Below, one piece after another: positions 1 to 9,854 of a stretch of DNA of 64,000 nucleotides. This stretch comes from a bacterium (GTDB lineage: Bacteria; Patescibacteriota; Minisyncoccia; Moranbacterales; GWC2-37-73), in contig QKEW01000011.1 of the NCBI GenBank assembly GCA_003251635.1, positions 39,411-103,410 on the forward strand, read 5' to 3'. The notes under the pieces were generated by a model. The model saw only the letters and a program-made list of their open reading frames with translations, did not search any database and had not been told where the DNA came from. Numbering within the stretch: the stretch's first letter is position 1; every line of letters starts with the position of its first letter. Made by a program: the position numbers and the translations under genes.

Positions 1-75
1 AACTGTAGTTAAGTTTCGTTTGGCTAAAGCGGCTAAAGACGCTGTTTTATAGGCAAAACCTTTCAATATGTTTGA

Positions 76-118
76 AAAATCCCGTGTCGCCAATTGGCGG
101 ATTGCGGGATTTTTTGTG
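76..118 (+). terminator. Rho-independent terminator-like hairpin (AATCCCG ... CGGGATT, followed by a T-run). It probably terminates a gene upstream of the window. The loop contains the palindrome CGCCAATTGGCG.
   Basis: GC-rich stem at 78-84 and 105-111 followed by TTTTTTGTGTTTTG. No ORF spans 1-180. Confidence 0.5.
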
Positions 119-182
119 TTTTGAAATTTTTTGCCAAAAAAGCGAAAGTATGCTAAATTTCCTCTGAAATTAACACAATCCC

Positions 183-752
183 ATGACAGTCGAAAGATTC
201 ATAAAATTGAAGAATAATCGCATTAAATACCACCTAAAAAGCAGTCCAAATTCAAGGCAGATGCGCTTGTCGGTTTCCAGGAGGGGATTTTTTGTTTTGA
301 CTGTTCCGCCAAAAGTGGATTATTTGACGGTGCGACGTTTTATTCTTTCTCAAACTGATTGGATTTTGGAGCGTTTCGATGCTTTGGTGAAAATTAATCA
401 GGGGAAGGCAGTTAGATGTTCCAGGCGAGACTATCTGAAAAACAAGGAATTGGCTCGAAGCTTCATTACGGCAAGGGTTGAATATTTCGCCAGGAAGCAC
501 CGATTCAGATATGGGAGGATCTCGATTCGCAATCAAAGAACTGTTTGGGGCAGCTGTAGTGAGGATGGTAATTTGAATTTCAACTATATTTTGCTTAAGA
601 TGCCTAAAGATATTGCTGATTATATTATTGTGCATGAGCTTTGTCACCTGCGTCATTTTGATCACGGTGAAAAGTTTTGGCAGACGGTCAAAGAAATTTT
701 ACCGGGATATGAAGGAATTCGACAAAAAGCCGACGAAATTATTTTCATGTAA
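183..752 (+). CDS. YgjP-like zinc metallohydrolase (DUF45 / M48-family fold)
   Basis: HExxH-containing motif IIVHELCHLRHFDHGEKFW near the C-terminus, typical of YgjP/DUF45 proteins. Length 189 aa. Confidence 0.65.
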   Translation: MTVERFIKLKNNRIKYHLKSSPNSRQMRLSVSRRGFFVLTVPPKVDYLTVRRFILSQTDWILERFDALVKINQGKAVRCSRRDYLKNKELARSFITARVEYFARKHRFRYGRISIRNQRTVWGSCSEDGNLNFNYILLKMPKDIADYIIVHELCHLRHFDHGEKFWQTVKEILPGYEGIRQKADEIIFM

Positions 753-774
753 AGTGTGAAATATCTATATTGAG

Positions 775-1923
775 TTGTCTATGAAGATTGCTATACAAGC
801 CGCCGATTTGGATGAAAATCGAATCGATGGCACTAGGGTTTATATCTTTAATCTCTTGAAAAGATTCGGACAAATTTCATCGGAAGATGAGTTTTGGATT
901 TATCATAAAAAAGATTTTAATCCGAGTTTAGCTGTTCCGAAATTGGAAAACTATCACTTGGTTCAGAAGAATTCTCCTTTTCTTTGGACCCAAAGTCGTT
1001 TTGCTTGGGAAGTTTATCAAAAGGAAATCGACTCCCTTTGGATGCCGATGCATGACTTACCGCTTTGGCGTCGAAAAGGCATGCGCACGGTGGTAACCAT
1101 TCATGATTTGGCTTTTAAAACTTTTCCGCAATATTTTCCCAAAAAAGATTTGGTTAAAATAAATAGTTTGACCAACTATGTCATTCCCAGGGCGGATGGA
1201 TTGATTGCGATTTCTGAGGTTACCAAGAGAAATATTTTGAAATTTTATCCTCAAATCAAGGAGAAGAAAATCAAGGTTATCCATCATGGTTTTGATGAGG
1301 GAATTTTTCAAAAAGAAATTTCCCAGGAGAAAATCTTGCAGGTTTTAACTGAGTTTGGACTGCAGGATTGTTTGGATAAAAAAAATAATTCCCGATTCAT
1401 TCTTTACGTTGGAGCGATTCAGCCTCGAAAGAATTTGGCGACCTTGTTGGAAGCTTTTGAAGAACTTCGGCAAAAAGAATCAGAATTAAAACTGGTAATT
1501 GCCGGGGCGTCAGCTTGGAACTATGAGTCGATTTTGCAAAAAATTGAAAACAGTCCTTTTCGAAAGGACATTGTGGTTACCGGAACGATTCCTTTTGATT
1601 ATTTACCGGTTTTTTATCAGAAAGCGAGCCTTTTTGTTTTTCCGGAAATTTCTCCAGGATTTGGAATCCCGCTTTTGGAAGCTTTTGCTTCAGGTGTTCC
1701 GGTTTTGGCAAATGATGATCCGGTACTTAGGGAAGTTGGAGGTGAAGCGGCTGAATATTTTTCGTCAAAAGATAGCTCGGAGCTTGCTGGGAAAATTAAA
1801 TCAATTTTAGAGCGAAAAGAAATTGCCCAGGATATGAAACAAAAAGGATTTTTGAGATGCCAAGATTTTTCTTGGGATGAATGTGCCAAAAAGACTCTGG
1901 CGTTTATAAAAAGTGGTTCCTGA
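775..1923 (+). CDS. Glycosyltransferase, family 4 (GT-B, group 1)
   Basis: C-terminal E-x7-E region: FVFPEISPGFGIPLLEAFASGVPVLAND. Length 382 aa is typical of GT4 enzymes. Confidence 0.8.
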   Translation: MSMKIAIQAADLDENRIDGTRVYIFNLLKRFGQISSEDEFWIYHKKDFNPSLAVPKLENYHLVQKNSPFLWTQSRFAWEVYQKEIDSLWMPMHDLPLWRRKGMRTVVTIHDLAFKTFPQYFPKKDLVKINSLTNYVIPRADGLIAISEVTKRNILKFYPQIKEKKIKVIHHGFDEGIFQKEISQEKILQVLTEFGLQDCLDKKNNSRFILYVGAIQPRKNLATLLEAFEELRQKESELKLVIAGASAWNYESILQKIENSPFRKDIVVTGTIPFDYLPVFYQKASLFVFPEISPGFGIPLLEAFASGVPVLANDDPVLREVGGEAAEYFSSKDSSELAGKIKSILERKEIAQDMKQKGFLRCQDFSWDECAKKTLAFIKSGS

Positions 1924-1927
1924 TGAT

Positions 1928-2329
1928 TTATTTTTCATCTAAGAAAATCAGATGATAAAAAACTAGAAAGAAAGTCACGCTTAGGGTGGTGATGATGATA
2001 TTTTGCCAGAGAGCAAATTTCAACAAAGACGTGCCAATTATCAAAAAGAAAAAAATTAAAATTAGCGGCATCAGATGGTGTCGATTTTTTTTGGTGAAAA
2101 CTGAATCAAGTTTGCGGCCCAGAGTTGAAATTCCAGCTACTGTGGCAAATATTAAAAATATTACTATTAGAAATCCGTTATTTTGTGAAACCATGGTTGG
2201 AAGAGCGGTTTCCAATAGCAAGCCGGCCAGAAAAAAAATAATCAAAGAAAGCAGGATATCGTGCAGAAGCTTGTATATCACGAGGGAGAATTGGTGGTTA
2301 TTGAATTTTTGTCGAATTTTTTTGATCAT
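1928..2329 (-). CDS. Small polytopic membrane protein, hypothetical
   Basis: 133 aa with four hydrophobic helices. It is the last gene of a minus-strand run after 3673..5490 and 2334..3668. Confidence 0.4.
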   Translation of the reverse strand: MIKKIRQKFNNHQFSLVIYKLLHDILLSLIIFFLAGLLLETALPTMVSQNNGFLIVIFLIFATVAGISTLGRKLDSVFTKKNRHHLMPLILIFFFLIIGTSLLKFALWQNIIITTLSVTFFLVFYHLIFLDEK

Positions 2330-2333
2330 AAAT

Positions 2334-3668
2334 TTATTGAAGGCTGTAGTTATTGAATACTCGATTTTTTAGAGCAGCTAGAGATTTGAGCAGATTTTCT
2401 TTGTTGGCTATCTGGGTAAATTCAATGTCCAGTTGATCCAATTGGATAGAATTTTCAATTGGAAATGAGAATTGGTAATCATTGCCAGTGAAATTCTCAA
2501 TTGGATTTATTGAGGCTTGGCAATGAAAAAATCCTAGTTCTCTGATATGGGAATGAATTTCACATTCAATGCTTTTTTCCAGACTTTCTTGCTGGACTGT
2601 GACTGGTGCTATGCGCAGATAACTGTCCAGAATTGTTTTATTGGGAATTTCATGTCGCTCCTTGTTTTTAATGTAATAATATTTTTGAGAATCTTGGGCG
2701 TAAAAAATTGTTCCATCGGGGTGAGGACTGTCAATTTTAAAGAGACTGGCTTTTTCATAAATTCCAATTTCTTCACTACTTGCTTGGAGGATTTCATCCC
2801 ATTGATAACCCATTGATTCAAACGTGACAGGATTGTTAACTGGAAGAACCTTGTTATCGCTGACGATATAAACCGATATTCCAGCCGCCAGTAAGGTTCC
2901 ATCAGCGAAACCCAGATAATCCTGGGAGATCGAATAATTTTTTAGGAAATCCGAATTTTTTTCAATAGCTTGATTGGAAGAATATTGAGTCAGATAGGCT
3001 TGTTCGCTAACGAATTTTTGCAAAGTTTCCGGTTTGGTTAGTTGATAGAATTCATCGTCGATCTTGAAAATGGAGCTTTGTGGATAGGGGGAATCGAGAG
3101 TTATTTCTTTGCCCAATGGATTCAAGCCTAGGGAGGCGGGATCAATCATTTGGAAGGCTTCCGGAAAAAAGCCCATTTGAATAGCTGTTTCTGGTGAGGA
3201 AAATTTTCGTAAAGCTCCGGCTGAAACCAGATAATAATCAGATTCATTTTTCAGTAAACTGCCATCCTTAAAGTCCAAAGATTCGCCCAGGGGATAAAAA
3301 AAGGCTTGAAAAGATTTTCTGATTTTGATTTCACCGCTGGGTTTATTGGCTGTTTTTGAGTTTAGGTTGAAATCTATTTTTATTTCAGAATAGTTGCCGG
3401 TCAAGGCGGTGTCGAAAAAAAGATTTCCATTTTTCAAAGTGAGGTTGGGTTGATTTATTTCCTGTTGATCGTCTAGGCGTACATTGGTGACGGAATTTTT
3501 ATTAGAGTTGGGACTTCCAAAAGAAAAAGTGAAACCGGCTAGGGGAAATAAAATTCTGTGTAAAATAATCCAAGCTATCAAAAAAGACAAGATCCAAATC
3601 AAAGCTCTCCAGAGCCAAAACTTTTTTTGCCAAGACTGATTTAATTTTATTTGCGTGCCGGCTTGCAT
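2334..3668 (-). CDS. Hypothetical signal-anchored extracytoplasmic protein
   Basis: N-terminal TM helix (WLWRALIWILSFLIAWIIL) followed by a roughly 400-aa hydrophilic domain. It lies immediately downstream, on the same strand, of a GT-C glycosyltransferase. Confidence 0.55.
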   Translation of the reverse strand: MQAGTQIKLNQSWQKKFWLWRALIWILSFLIAWIILHRILFPLAGFTFSFGSPNSNKNSVTNVRLDDQQEINQPNLTLKNGNLFFDTALTGNYSEIKIDFNLNSKTANKPSGEIKIRKSFQAFFYPLGESLDFKDGSLLKNESDYYLVSAGALRKFSSPETAIQMGFFPEAFQMIDPASLGLNPLGKEITLDSPYPQSSIFKIDDEFYQLTKPETLQKFVSEQAYLTQYSSNQAIEKNSDFLKNYSISQDYLGFADGTLLAAGISVYIVSDNKVLPVNNPVTFESMGYQWDEILQASSEEIGIYEKASLFKIDSPHPDGTIFYAQDSQKYYYIKNKERHEIPNKTILDSYLRIAPVTVQQESLEKSIECEIHSHIRELGFFHCQASINPIENFTGNDYQFSFPIENSIQLDQLDIEFTQIANKENLLKSLAALKNRVFNNYSLQ

Positions 3669-3672
3669 AATT

Positions 3673-5490
3673 TTATCGAGTTAATTTTAGGATATAGCCA
3701 CTTACCTTGATTAGTGATTTTTGAGGATAATCAATGATCGATGTTGAATTCTTGTTTGATGTTTCAGTAAGGCGAGTTGTTTTTAACGTGTATTTATCAG
3801 CGACGGTTAATTTTTCTCCCAGTGAAGTGTTTAGGTAATTGGAGATTTCTTTTTGACCGACCAGGATGTAGACATTTTCAAATTGATCCAAATCCAATTT
3901 GTCTAAATCGTTCGGGTTGAAAAAATAAACAGCATTAAGATTGAAAACAGAGTTTAGTGGTCCAGCCAACAAAGACCAACCATCTCCACTGGAAAGTCGG
4001 TCGACTAATATTAGGTCGTTTGAGGAGAATCGCTTAGCTAATTCTTGGGTTTGTTGAAGCAAATCCTCATTCTCACTGAAAAAAGCGAAGCGTAAAAAAG
4101 GCTTGAGATTAATGAAGATTATCAAGATAATTAATGCTACAGGAAGGAATAGCCAAAAATTTGAGCGGCGATTAGTGTCTATTTTTTTTGCAAGCAGATA
4201 TTTGAGAAAAACGGCGGAATAAAAAATTGATAACGGCAAGATTGAAAAAACAAAGCGACGTAGCATCCAAGGATGGTCAGAGGAAATACTTGAATTTACC
4301 AGATAGATCAATGAAGGACTGGCCAGAAAAAACGGAATTAGAAGTTGCCAATTTTTTTTGAAAAAAGCTGCAATTACTCCGAATAAGCCTAAAATCCAAA
4401 AACTTATTAGACCGTATAGGGTATATATTTGAATCATGCGAAATCCCGGAAAAAACAAATTTTTGGTGATGATTTTTCCATTACTGTTGATTTCAAAAAA
4501 AGAATTGAAAGTAGCTTTGAGGATTTCTTTGAAAAAAGCCCAGTCTTTTTGCAGGTAAAAAAGAAAAATGAAAAAAAGAGACAAAATTAAAATGTTTAGG
4601 AAGCGGATATTTTTTTGCAAAAATTGGCGACTTGTTGGATTAAAAAATAGGATAAGTCCTCCAGTTACTAAAAAGGCGAAGCCCTCGATGCGCGTGAAGG
4701 CCAGCAAACTGGCGGATAAGATGAGGGCTAGAAATTTTTTTCTGTCAGGTTTTTCACTTATCTCGACTAAATTTAAAATGTAAATCCAAAGCAAGGCTAA
4801 AGCTAAATTTTCACTGAGGGTGAATTTAAAAAACCAAATAAAAGAAAAAGAAGACAGGGTGAAGAGTGGCAAAATTAAAGCATAATTTTTTTTGAGCAGC
4901 TTTTTTCCTAGGAGATAGAAAGCACTTAAAAACAGAAAGAGCGCAGCGGCGTTGGCAATTATCAAACCGTTGATTCCAAAAAAACTGTAAAAAGCTGCCA
5001 GCCAGCTGATGTAGCCCAGGGGAAACTGAGTTGTCAGTTGCCCATCTTCGGTATAGTGAAAGCCTGGGAAATTCAGGGCTTTGCCCTCTCCATAGATTTT
5101 GAAAAATTCCACCGAAGCCGGATCGGAAAAGGTCAGCTGGTGATTTTTAGCCAGCTCAATGGCGGCAATGCTTAGTGATCCCTGGTCGCGACCAGTAAAA
5201 ATCGTGGCAGTGGTAAAAAAGGAAAAAATAAAAACGAATGCAAAAAAAGCAAGACTGATTGCTATGTATGCGGGTGAGATTTTAAAATTTAATTTTATTT
5301 TTTTTTGTTCAGGTATGATTCGGAAAGCAAAAAAAATCCCAGCCGACACCAAATAAAGAATCAGGACCCAGCTGTAAAAAAAATCCAACAAGGTTAAGAT
5401 TAAAGCCAGGAAACCAAAAACAACCCAAAATAGGGAAAAGTTCAAGAAAAAATCATAATTATTATTGGTTTGTTTGACTTTATTCATCAA
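3673..5490 (-). CDS. Membrane glycosyltransferase, GT-C fold (ArnT/PMT_2-like, GT39/GT83-like)
   Basis: 605 aa. It has more than 10 TM helices in the N-terminal two thirds and a soluble C-terminal domain. The first-loop motif TGRDQGSLSIAAIELAKN resembles the ArnT/PMT first periplasmic loop. Confidence 0.55.
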   Translation of the reverse strand: MMNKVKQTNNNYDFFLNFSLFWVVFGFLALILTLLDFFYSWVLILYLVSAGIFFAFRIIPEQKKIKLNFKISPAYIAISLAFFAFVFIFSFFTTATIFTGRDQGSLSIAAIELAKNHQLTFSDPASVEFFKIYGEGKALNFPGFHYTEDGQLTTQFPLGYISWLAAFYSFFGINGLIIANAAALFLFLSAFYLLGKKLLKKNYALILPLFTLSSFSFIWFFKFTLSENLALALLWIYILNLVEISEKPDRKKFLALILSASLLAFTRIEGFAFLVTGGLILFFNPTSRQFLQKNIRFLNILILSLFFIFLFYLQKDWAFFKEILKATFNSFFEINSNGKIITKNLFFPGFRMIQIYTLYGLISFWILGLFGVIAAFFKKNWQLLIPFFLASPSLIYLVNSSISSDHPWMLRRFVFSILPLSIFYSAVFLKYLLAKKIDTNRRSNFWLFLPVALIILIIFINLKPFLRFAFFSENEDLLQQTQELAKRFSSNDLILVDRLSSGDGWSLLAGPLNSVFNLNAVYFFNPNDLDKLDLDQFENVYILVGQKEISNYLNTSLGEKLTVADKYTLKTTRLTETSNKNSTSIIDYPQKSLIKVSGYILKLTR

Positions 5491-5568
5491 AGCAATTGTA
5501 GCCTTTTTTAGCTAAGTTGCCAAGTTAAAAGGGATGTTTTAAAATGATAAAAAAGCTTCTTTGGGCTA

Positions 5569-8058
5569 ATGGCGGATGAAAAAACAAAAAGAAAAATAAT
5601 GAAAAAAAATCACGATCCTAATTTTTTTGCCTGGTACTATGAAAAAGGCTTGTTGGAATTTTTGGAAATTTGGAAAAATTTTTTGAAATTCAGCTGGCGT
5701 TTTTTTTCTGTAGGGGAATTAATCTTGACTTGGTTGTCACCTTGGAAGCGGGACATTAGTTTCAAAAATTGGCGCGGTTTTGATCCGCAAAAAACCATCA
5801 GTCTTTTCTTTGGCAATATCGTTTCTCGGTTTTTGGGGGCGATAGTGCGTTCGGCCGTCATCCTGGCAGGCCTATCTATTTTTTCAATTATTTGTCTAGT
5901 TGGCTTGGTTGGTTTAATTTTTTGGTTGATATTTCCATTACTGCTTGTTTGGACTTTATTCAAGGCTTTTGGCGGGTCATTTTTCTTTGTTGAGCTGTTA
6001 GGGTTATTGTTTGTCTATTTGGTTTTGGTGATTTGCGCTTATTATTTGAATTTACGCACTCCCTTTGGTCAGATGAATTTCCAGACTCTTTATTCGCGAC
6101 CGATTTTTGAAAGAATCTGTAACCGATTAGGTTTGGATAAAAAAGACTTATCCAAGAAAGTTCTGAAAAATTCCCAAAAATTGACGGAATTTCTGAAAAG
6201 TAAAAATCTTTCCATGGAGGATTTTGCTTTTTTGGTGAATTGGGAAACTGCGATCTTAGATGAAGAGCGTCTGAAAAAATCTTTTTGGCGCTGGGAAAAT
6301 CTTAGTCGATTGCCGGCTATTGGGGCTGGCTGGAAATATGCCTACACGGTCAAGTTGGATCGTTATTCTCGAGACATTTCCGTCTTTGATGGAAGCGAAT
6401 ATCGGGATCGGAAGTTGGTTGGCCGACAAGATGAAGTTGAGCTTTTGAAATTGATTTTGCAGCGACCCGACCAAAATTGCGCTTTGATAGTTGGCGGCAG
6501 TGGAATTGGAAAAAATACTTTGATCCATGATTTGGCTGCCCGAATTCGGCATAATCAATCTGAAAAATACTTTCTCAACAAAAGGATTTTGGAGTTAGAT
6601 CTGGGTCGGGTTATTTCAGATGCAATCAGTAGCGGCGAAGATTCTGAAAATGCGCTGAGAAATCTTTTTCTGGAAGCGGCTTACGCTGGCAATATCATTT
6701 TGATTATTGATCATTTGGAACAATTTTTGGGTAAAGAAGGAACCATGCTTCACCCAGACATTTCTCCGGTTCTGAATGAGTTTTTATCCCATCCTAATTT
6801 CCAAATCATTGCCACTTCGTCACCCAAAGAATATCATCGCTTGATTGAAAAATATGACCAAATTGCCAAATATTTTGAAGTGATTGAAATGCGCGAGCCT
6901 TCCGAGTCAGACATGTTGAAGATTCTATATAATAATTTCAAGCTCCAAGAAAGCGGTCGGGTCATTTTTACCCATGAAGCCTTCAAATCAATCATCAAAG
7001 AATCTAATCGCTACAATTGGTCATCTCCACTGCCAGAAAGAGCTTTAGATTTGGCTATGGACGTCTTAATGTTTTGGGAGAAAAAATCCGAGAAATATTT
7101 GATCGATCAAGAAGTTTTGGCGGACTTTCTTTCTTTGAAAACTGGCACGGCTCACGGTGAAATTAAAAATGAGGAAAGAAAAAAACTTCTGAATTTGGAG
7201 AAATTTTTACATCGACAGGTCATTGGTCAAGAAGAAGCAGTTAAGCAAGTAGCGGAAGCTCTGCGTCGCTCTCGCAGTGGAATTGCCAACAGTCAAAAAC
7301 CGGTAGGGACGTTCCTTTTTCTGGGACCAACCGGAGTGGGAAAGACTGAAACCGCTAAGGCTTTGGCCAAAATGTATTTTGGGGATGAGAATAAGATGAT
7401 CCGTTTTGATATGAGTGAATTTCAAACTCCTTCATCTATTGATCGGCTTTTAGGCTCATCCCAACTTAATCAGCCAGGGAGATTAACCAGTGAGGTCAAG
7501 GATAACCCCTATTCTTTGGTTTTATTGGATGAAATTGAAAAAGCCTACCCGGAAATTCTGGATGTTTTTTTGCAAATTTTGGATGAGGGTTTTGTGACTG
7601 ATGCTTTTGGAGAGAAAATCAATTTTCGCAACGTTTTGATTATTGCAACTTCCAATGTCGGAGCAGCCTTGATCAAGGAAAGTGTGGAAAAAAATGAGGA
7701 TCCGGAAAAGACCAAACAGCAGGTTATTGATTATGCTGTTTCCAATAATGTCTTTCGGGTGGAATTTTTGAATCGTTTTGATAGTGTGATTTTTTTCCGT
7801 CCGCTCAATGAGAAGGAATTGGAAAGTGTGGTGAAGCTGATGCTAAAAAAATTAGCTCGACGTTTGCAGGAAGAGAAAAATATTGAAATTGAATTCGGGG
7901 AAAATGTCGGGCACAAGATTATTGAAAAGGGTTACAATCCGATTTTTGGAGCTCGCTCAATTGATCATTATATTGAAGATTCAGTCGAAGACTTTCTGTC
8001 CAAAAAAATCATCGCCGGAGAAGTTGAAAAGGGTCAGAAAATTCGAATTGACTTGTGA
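5569..8058 (+). CDS. ClpA/ClpB-family double-AAA+ ATPase with an N-terminal polytopic membrane domain. The D1 Walker motifs are degenerate.
   Basis: The D1 region aligns with ClpB D1 (LVGRQDEVELLKLIL...ALIVGGSGIGKNTLIHDLAARI). Its Walker A reads GKN rather than GKT, and its Walker B reads IIDH rather than DE. D2 is canonical: VIGQEEAV, FLGPTGVGKTETAKALA, LVLLDEIEKA, sensor-2 GARSIDHYIED. The first roughly 190 aa carry about four TM helices. There is no IGL/IGF ClpP-binding loop. Confidence 0.8.
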   Translation: MADEKTKRKIMKKNHDPNFFAWYYEKGLLEFLEIWKNFLKFSWRFFSVGELILTWLSPWKRDISFKNWRGFDPQKTISLFFGNIVSRFLGAIVRSAVILAGLSIFSIICLVGLVGLIFWLIFPLLLVWTLFKAFGGSFFFVELLGLLFVYLVLVICAYYLNLRTPFGQMNFQTLYSRPIFERICNRLGLDKKDLSKKVLKNSQKLTEFLKSKNLSMEDFAFLVNWETAILDEERLKKSFWRWENLSRLPAIGAGWKYAYTVKLDRYSRDISVFDGSEYRDRKLVGRQDEVELLKLILQRPDQNCALIVGGSGIGKNTLIHDLAARIRHNQSEKYFLNKRILELDLGRVISDAISSGEDSENALRNLFLEAAYAGNIILIIDHLEQFLGKEGTMLHPDISPVLNEFLSHPNFQIIATSSPKEYHRLIEKYDQIAKYFEVIEMREPSESDMLKILYNNFKLQESGRVIFTHEAFKSIIKESNRYNWSSPLPERALDLAMDVLMFWEKKSEKYLIDQEVLADFLSLKTGTAHGEIKNEERKKLLNLEKFLHRQVIGQEEAVKQVAEALRRSRSGIANSQKPVGTFLFLGPTGVGKTETAKALAKMYFGDENKMIRFDMSEFQTPSSIDRLLGSSQLNQPGRLTSEVKDNPYSLVLLDEIEKAYPEILDVFLQILDEGFVTDAFGEKINFRNVLIIATSNVGAALIKESVEKNEDPEKTKQQVIDYAVSNNVFRVEFLNRFDSVIFFRPLNEKELESVVKLMLKKLARRLQEEKNIEIEFGENVGHKIIEKGYNPIFGARSIDHYIEDSVEDFLSKKIIAGEVEKGQKIRIDL

Positions 8059-8138
8059 CGGTGCAAATAAATGATCGGATTTTCGTACTAGCCTCAGGCT
8101 TGTTCAAGTTTGAATTCTCTGGTAGGATTATCTGGTAA

Positions 8139-9557
8139 TTGATAAAACTATTTATGAAATCAGAAAAATTTTTTACACCCAAAAAAATAATAATTTTGGT
8201 GATTTTGGTCGCAATTTTCTTTGGCGGTTTTTATTTATTTTCCTATGCCAAAGAAAATAAAAAAACTATCGCTATCAGTTCTTTGGCGGTTTTGAAAAGT
8301 ATTTCCAAATTTTTACCAATCGAAAAGGATACTAAAAAAGAAATTGAAGCTCTCAATACTTTGGTTGAAAAGTTTACCGCCAAAGATGATCAGGAATATT
8401 CTTTCTTGCTTTTGCTGCAAAATAACATGGAGTTGCGACCGGGTGGCGGATTTTTGGGTCAATATGCGGTAATTAAAGTTAAGAATGGAGAAGTGGTTTC
8501 CAGTTTTTTCGAGGACGCTAACTTGCTCGATCAACGTATAACCGCCAGAGTTACTCCACCTTGGCCCCTTACTCAGTACATGCAAATTAAGAAATGGAAA
8601 TTTCGTGACTCTAATTTTTCACCAGATTTTCCGACTAATGTGGAGAAGGCTAAATATTTCTATCGTCTTAGTGGACGCTCCAGTGATGGTTTTGATGGGG
8701 TGATTGCGGTTAATGCCACGGTTCTTGATGATGTGTTGGCACTGACCGGTCCAGTCACGATTCCTGGTTACAATGTGACTTTAACCAAGGACAATGCAGT
8801 TCTAAAATTGGAGGAAATTGTGGAAAAAGCTTATTTGTTAAATGAAGACTTGGATACTCAAAATCGCAAAGCTATCATGAAAAGTTTGACTCCAGCCTTG
8901 ATTGAAAAACTTTTCTCTTTGGGTAACGTTACTAAATTGGCGGATTTTGCTCATGAACAAATCAGTAAAAAAAATATTATGATCAACTTTACTGACAGTC
9001 AGTTGCAAAGTTTGATTGAGGATGTGCATTGGGATGGTTCGGTGGCTCAAGATTGGGATGGGGATTATCTGATGGCGGTGGATGCTAATCTGGGCGCGTT
9101 TAAATCGGATTATTATGTTAAACGCTCTATTTCCTATGATGTTGATTTGACGCAGATTAAACCAGTAGCCACTTTGAAAATCACTTACAATCACACTGCT
9201 ACCTATGCTGATTGGCGCACCACTGATTATCATTCTTACTTGCGGGTTTATGTGCCGGAAGGTTCCAATTTGTTAGAACGTTACATGGTGGGTTATCCGA
9301 CCACTCAGACGGAATTGGGCAAAACCTATTTTGGTTTCAAGGTTGATGTTTTGATGAATCATCAATTGGAAACCATGATCAAATATGAACTCCCGGAAAA
9401 ATTTGCCCAACAAGATTATAAGCTTTTGGTTCAAAAACAATCCGGCTTGGATGATGTGCCGATTGAAATTCATGTCAAAACCAATGACGGGGAATTCAAT
9501 CACAGCGGAATTTTGGAAAAAGACTTGAAATTGGAATTTCAGACGGTTCAGGGGTAA
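8139..9557 (+). CDS. DUF4012 domain protein with an N-terminal TM anchor
   Basis: Signature LLLQNNMELRPGGGFLGQYAVIKV (the ELRPxGGF[IL]G motif of DUF4012). N-terminal TM helix IIILVILVAIFFGGFYLF. Confidence 0.75.
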   Translation: MIKLFMKSEKFFTPKKIIILVILVAIFFGGFYLFSYAKENKKTIAISSLAVLKSISKFLPIEKDTKKEIEALNTLVEKFTAKDDQEYSFLLLLQNNMELRPGGGFLGQYAVIKVKNGEVVSSFFEDANLLDQRITARVTPPWPLTQYMQIKKWKFRDSNFSPDFPTNVEKAKYFYRLSGRSSDGFDGVIAVNATVLDDVLALTGPVTIPGYNVTLTKDNAVLKLEEIVEKAYLLNEDLDTQNRKAIMKSLTPALIEKLFSLGNVTKLADFAHEQISKKNIMINFTDSQLQSLIEDVHWDGSVAQDWDGDYLMAVDANLGAFKSDYYVKRSISYDVDLTQIKPVATLKITYNHTATYADWRTTDYHSYLRVYVPEGSNLLERYMVGYPTTQTELGKTYFGFKVDVLMNHQLETMIKYELPEKFAQQDYKLLVQKQSGLDDVPIEIHVKTNDGEFNHSGILEKDLKLEFQTVQG

Positions 9558-9599
9558 GTATTATTTCTTGAAATATTTTAAAAGATGAAAATTACTTTC

Positions 9600-9630
9600 A
9601 AAACGCCTCTTTTGGCGTTTTAATTTTTCT
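9600..9630 (+). terminator. Intrinsic terminator after the DUF4012 gene
   Basis: AAAACGCC-tcttt-GGCGTTTT followed by AATTTTTCT. Confidence 0.7.
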
Positions 9631-9854
9631 AATTTTGGTAAGGATTATAATACGTATTATTTTTGGAGAGGGATTTTTATTTGACTTGATGCGATTGGAG
9701 TTGGCTTTGCTTTTTTTCCTTATCTATGCAAGAATTTTGTTAGTTATAGGTAGGTCTTTGACAAATTCATATTATTTATTCATTTGTTTCTTGTTTTGCC
9801 CATGGTGGGTCAAAAGTAGGCAAATGAAAAAGACGAAAGAAAGGTTGGTGCTGC

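Noticed and set aside
252-665. Antisense and overlapping ORFs inside annotated genes (for example 252..665 -, 1499..1810 +, 26712..27140 -, 47003..47266 +, 52623..52826 -, 53264..53689 -, 60659..60973 +)
   Set aside because: They lie wholly within longer ORFs on the other strand or frame that have clear family signatures, and have no motifs of their own. They are typical spurious ORFs of an AT-rich genome.
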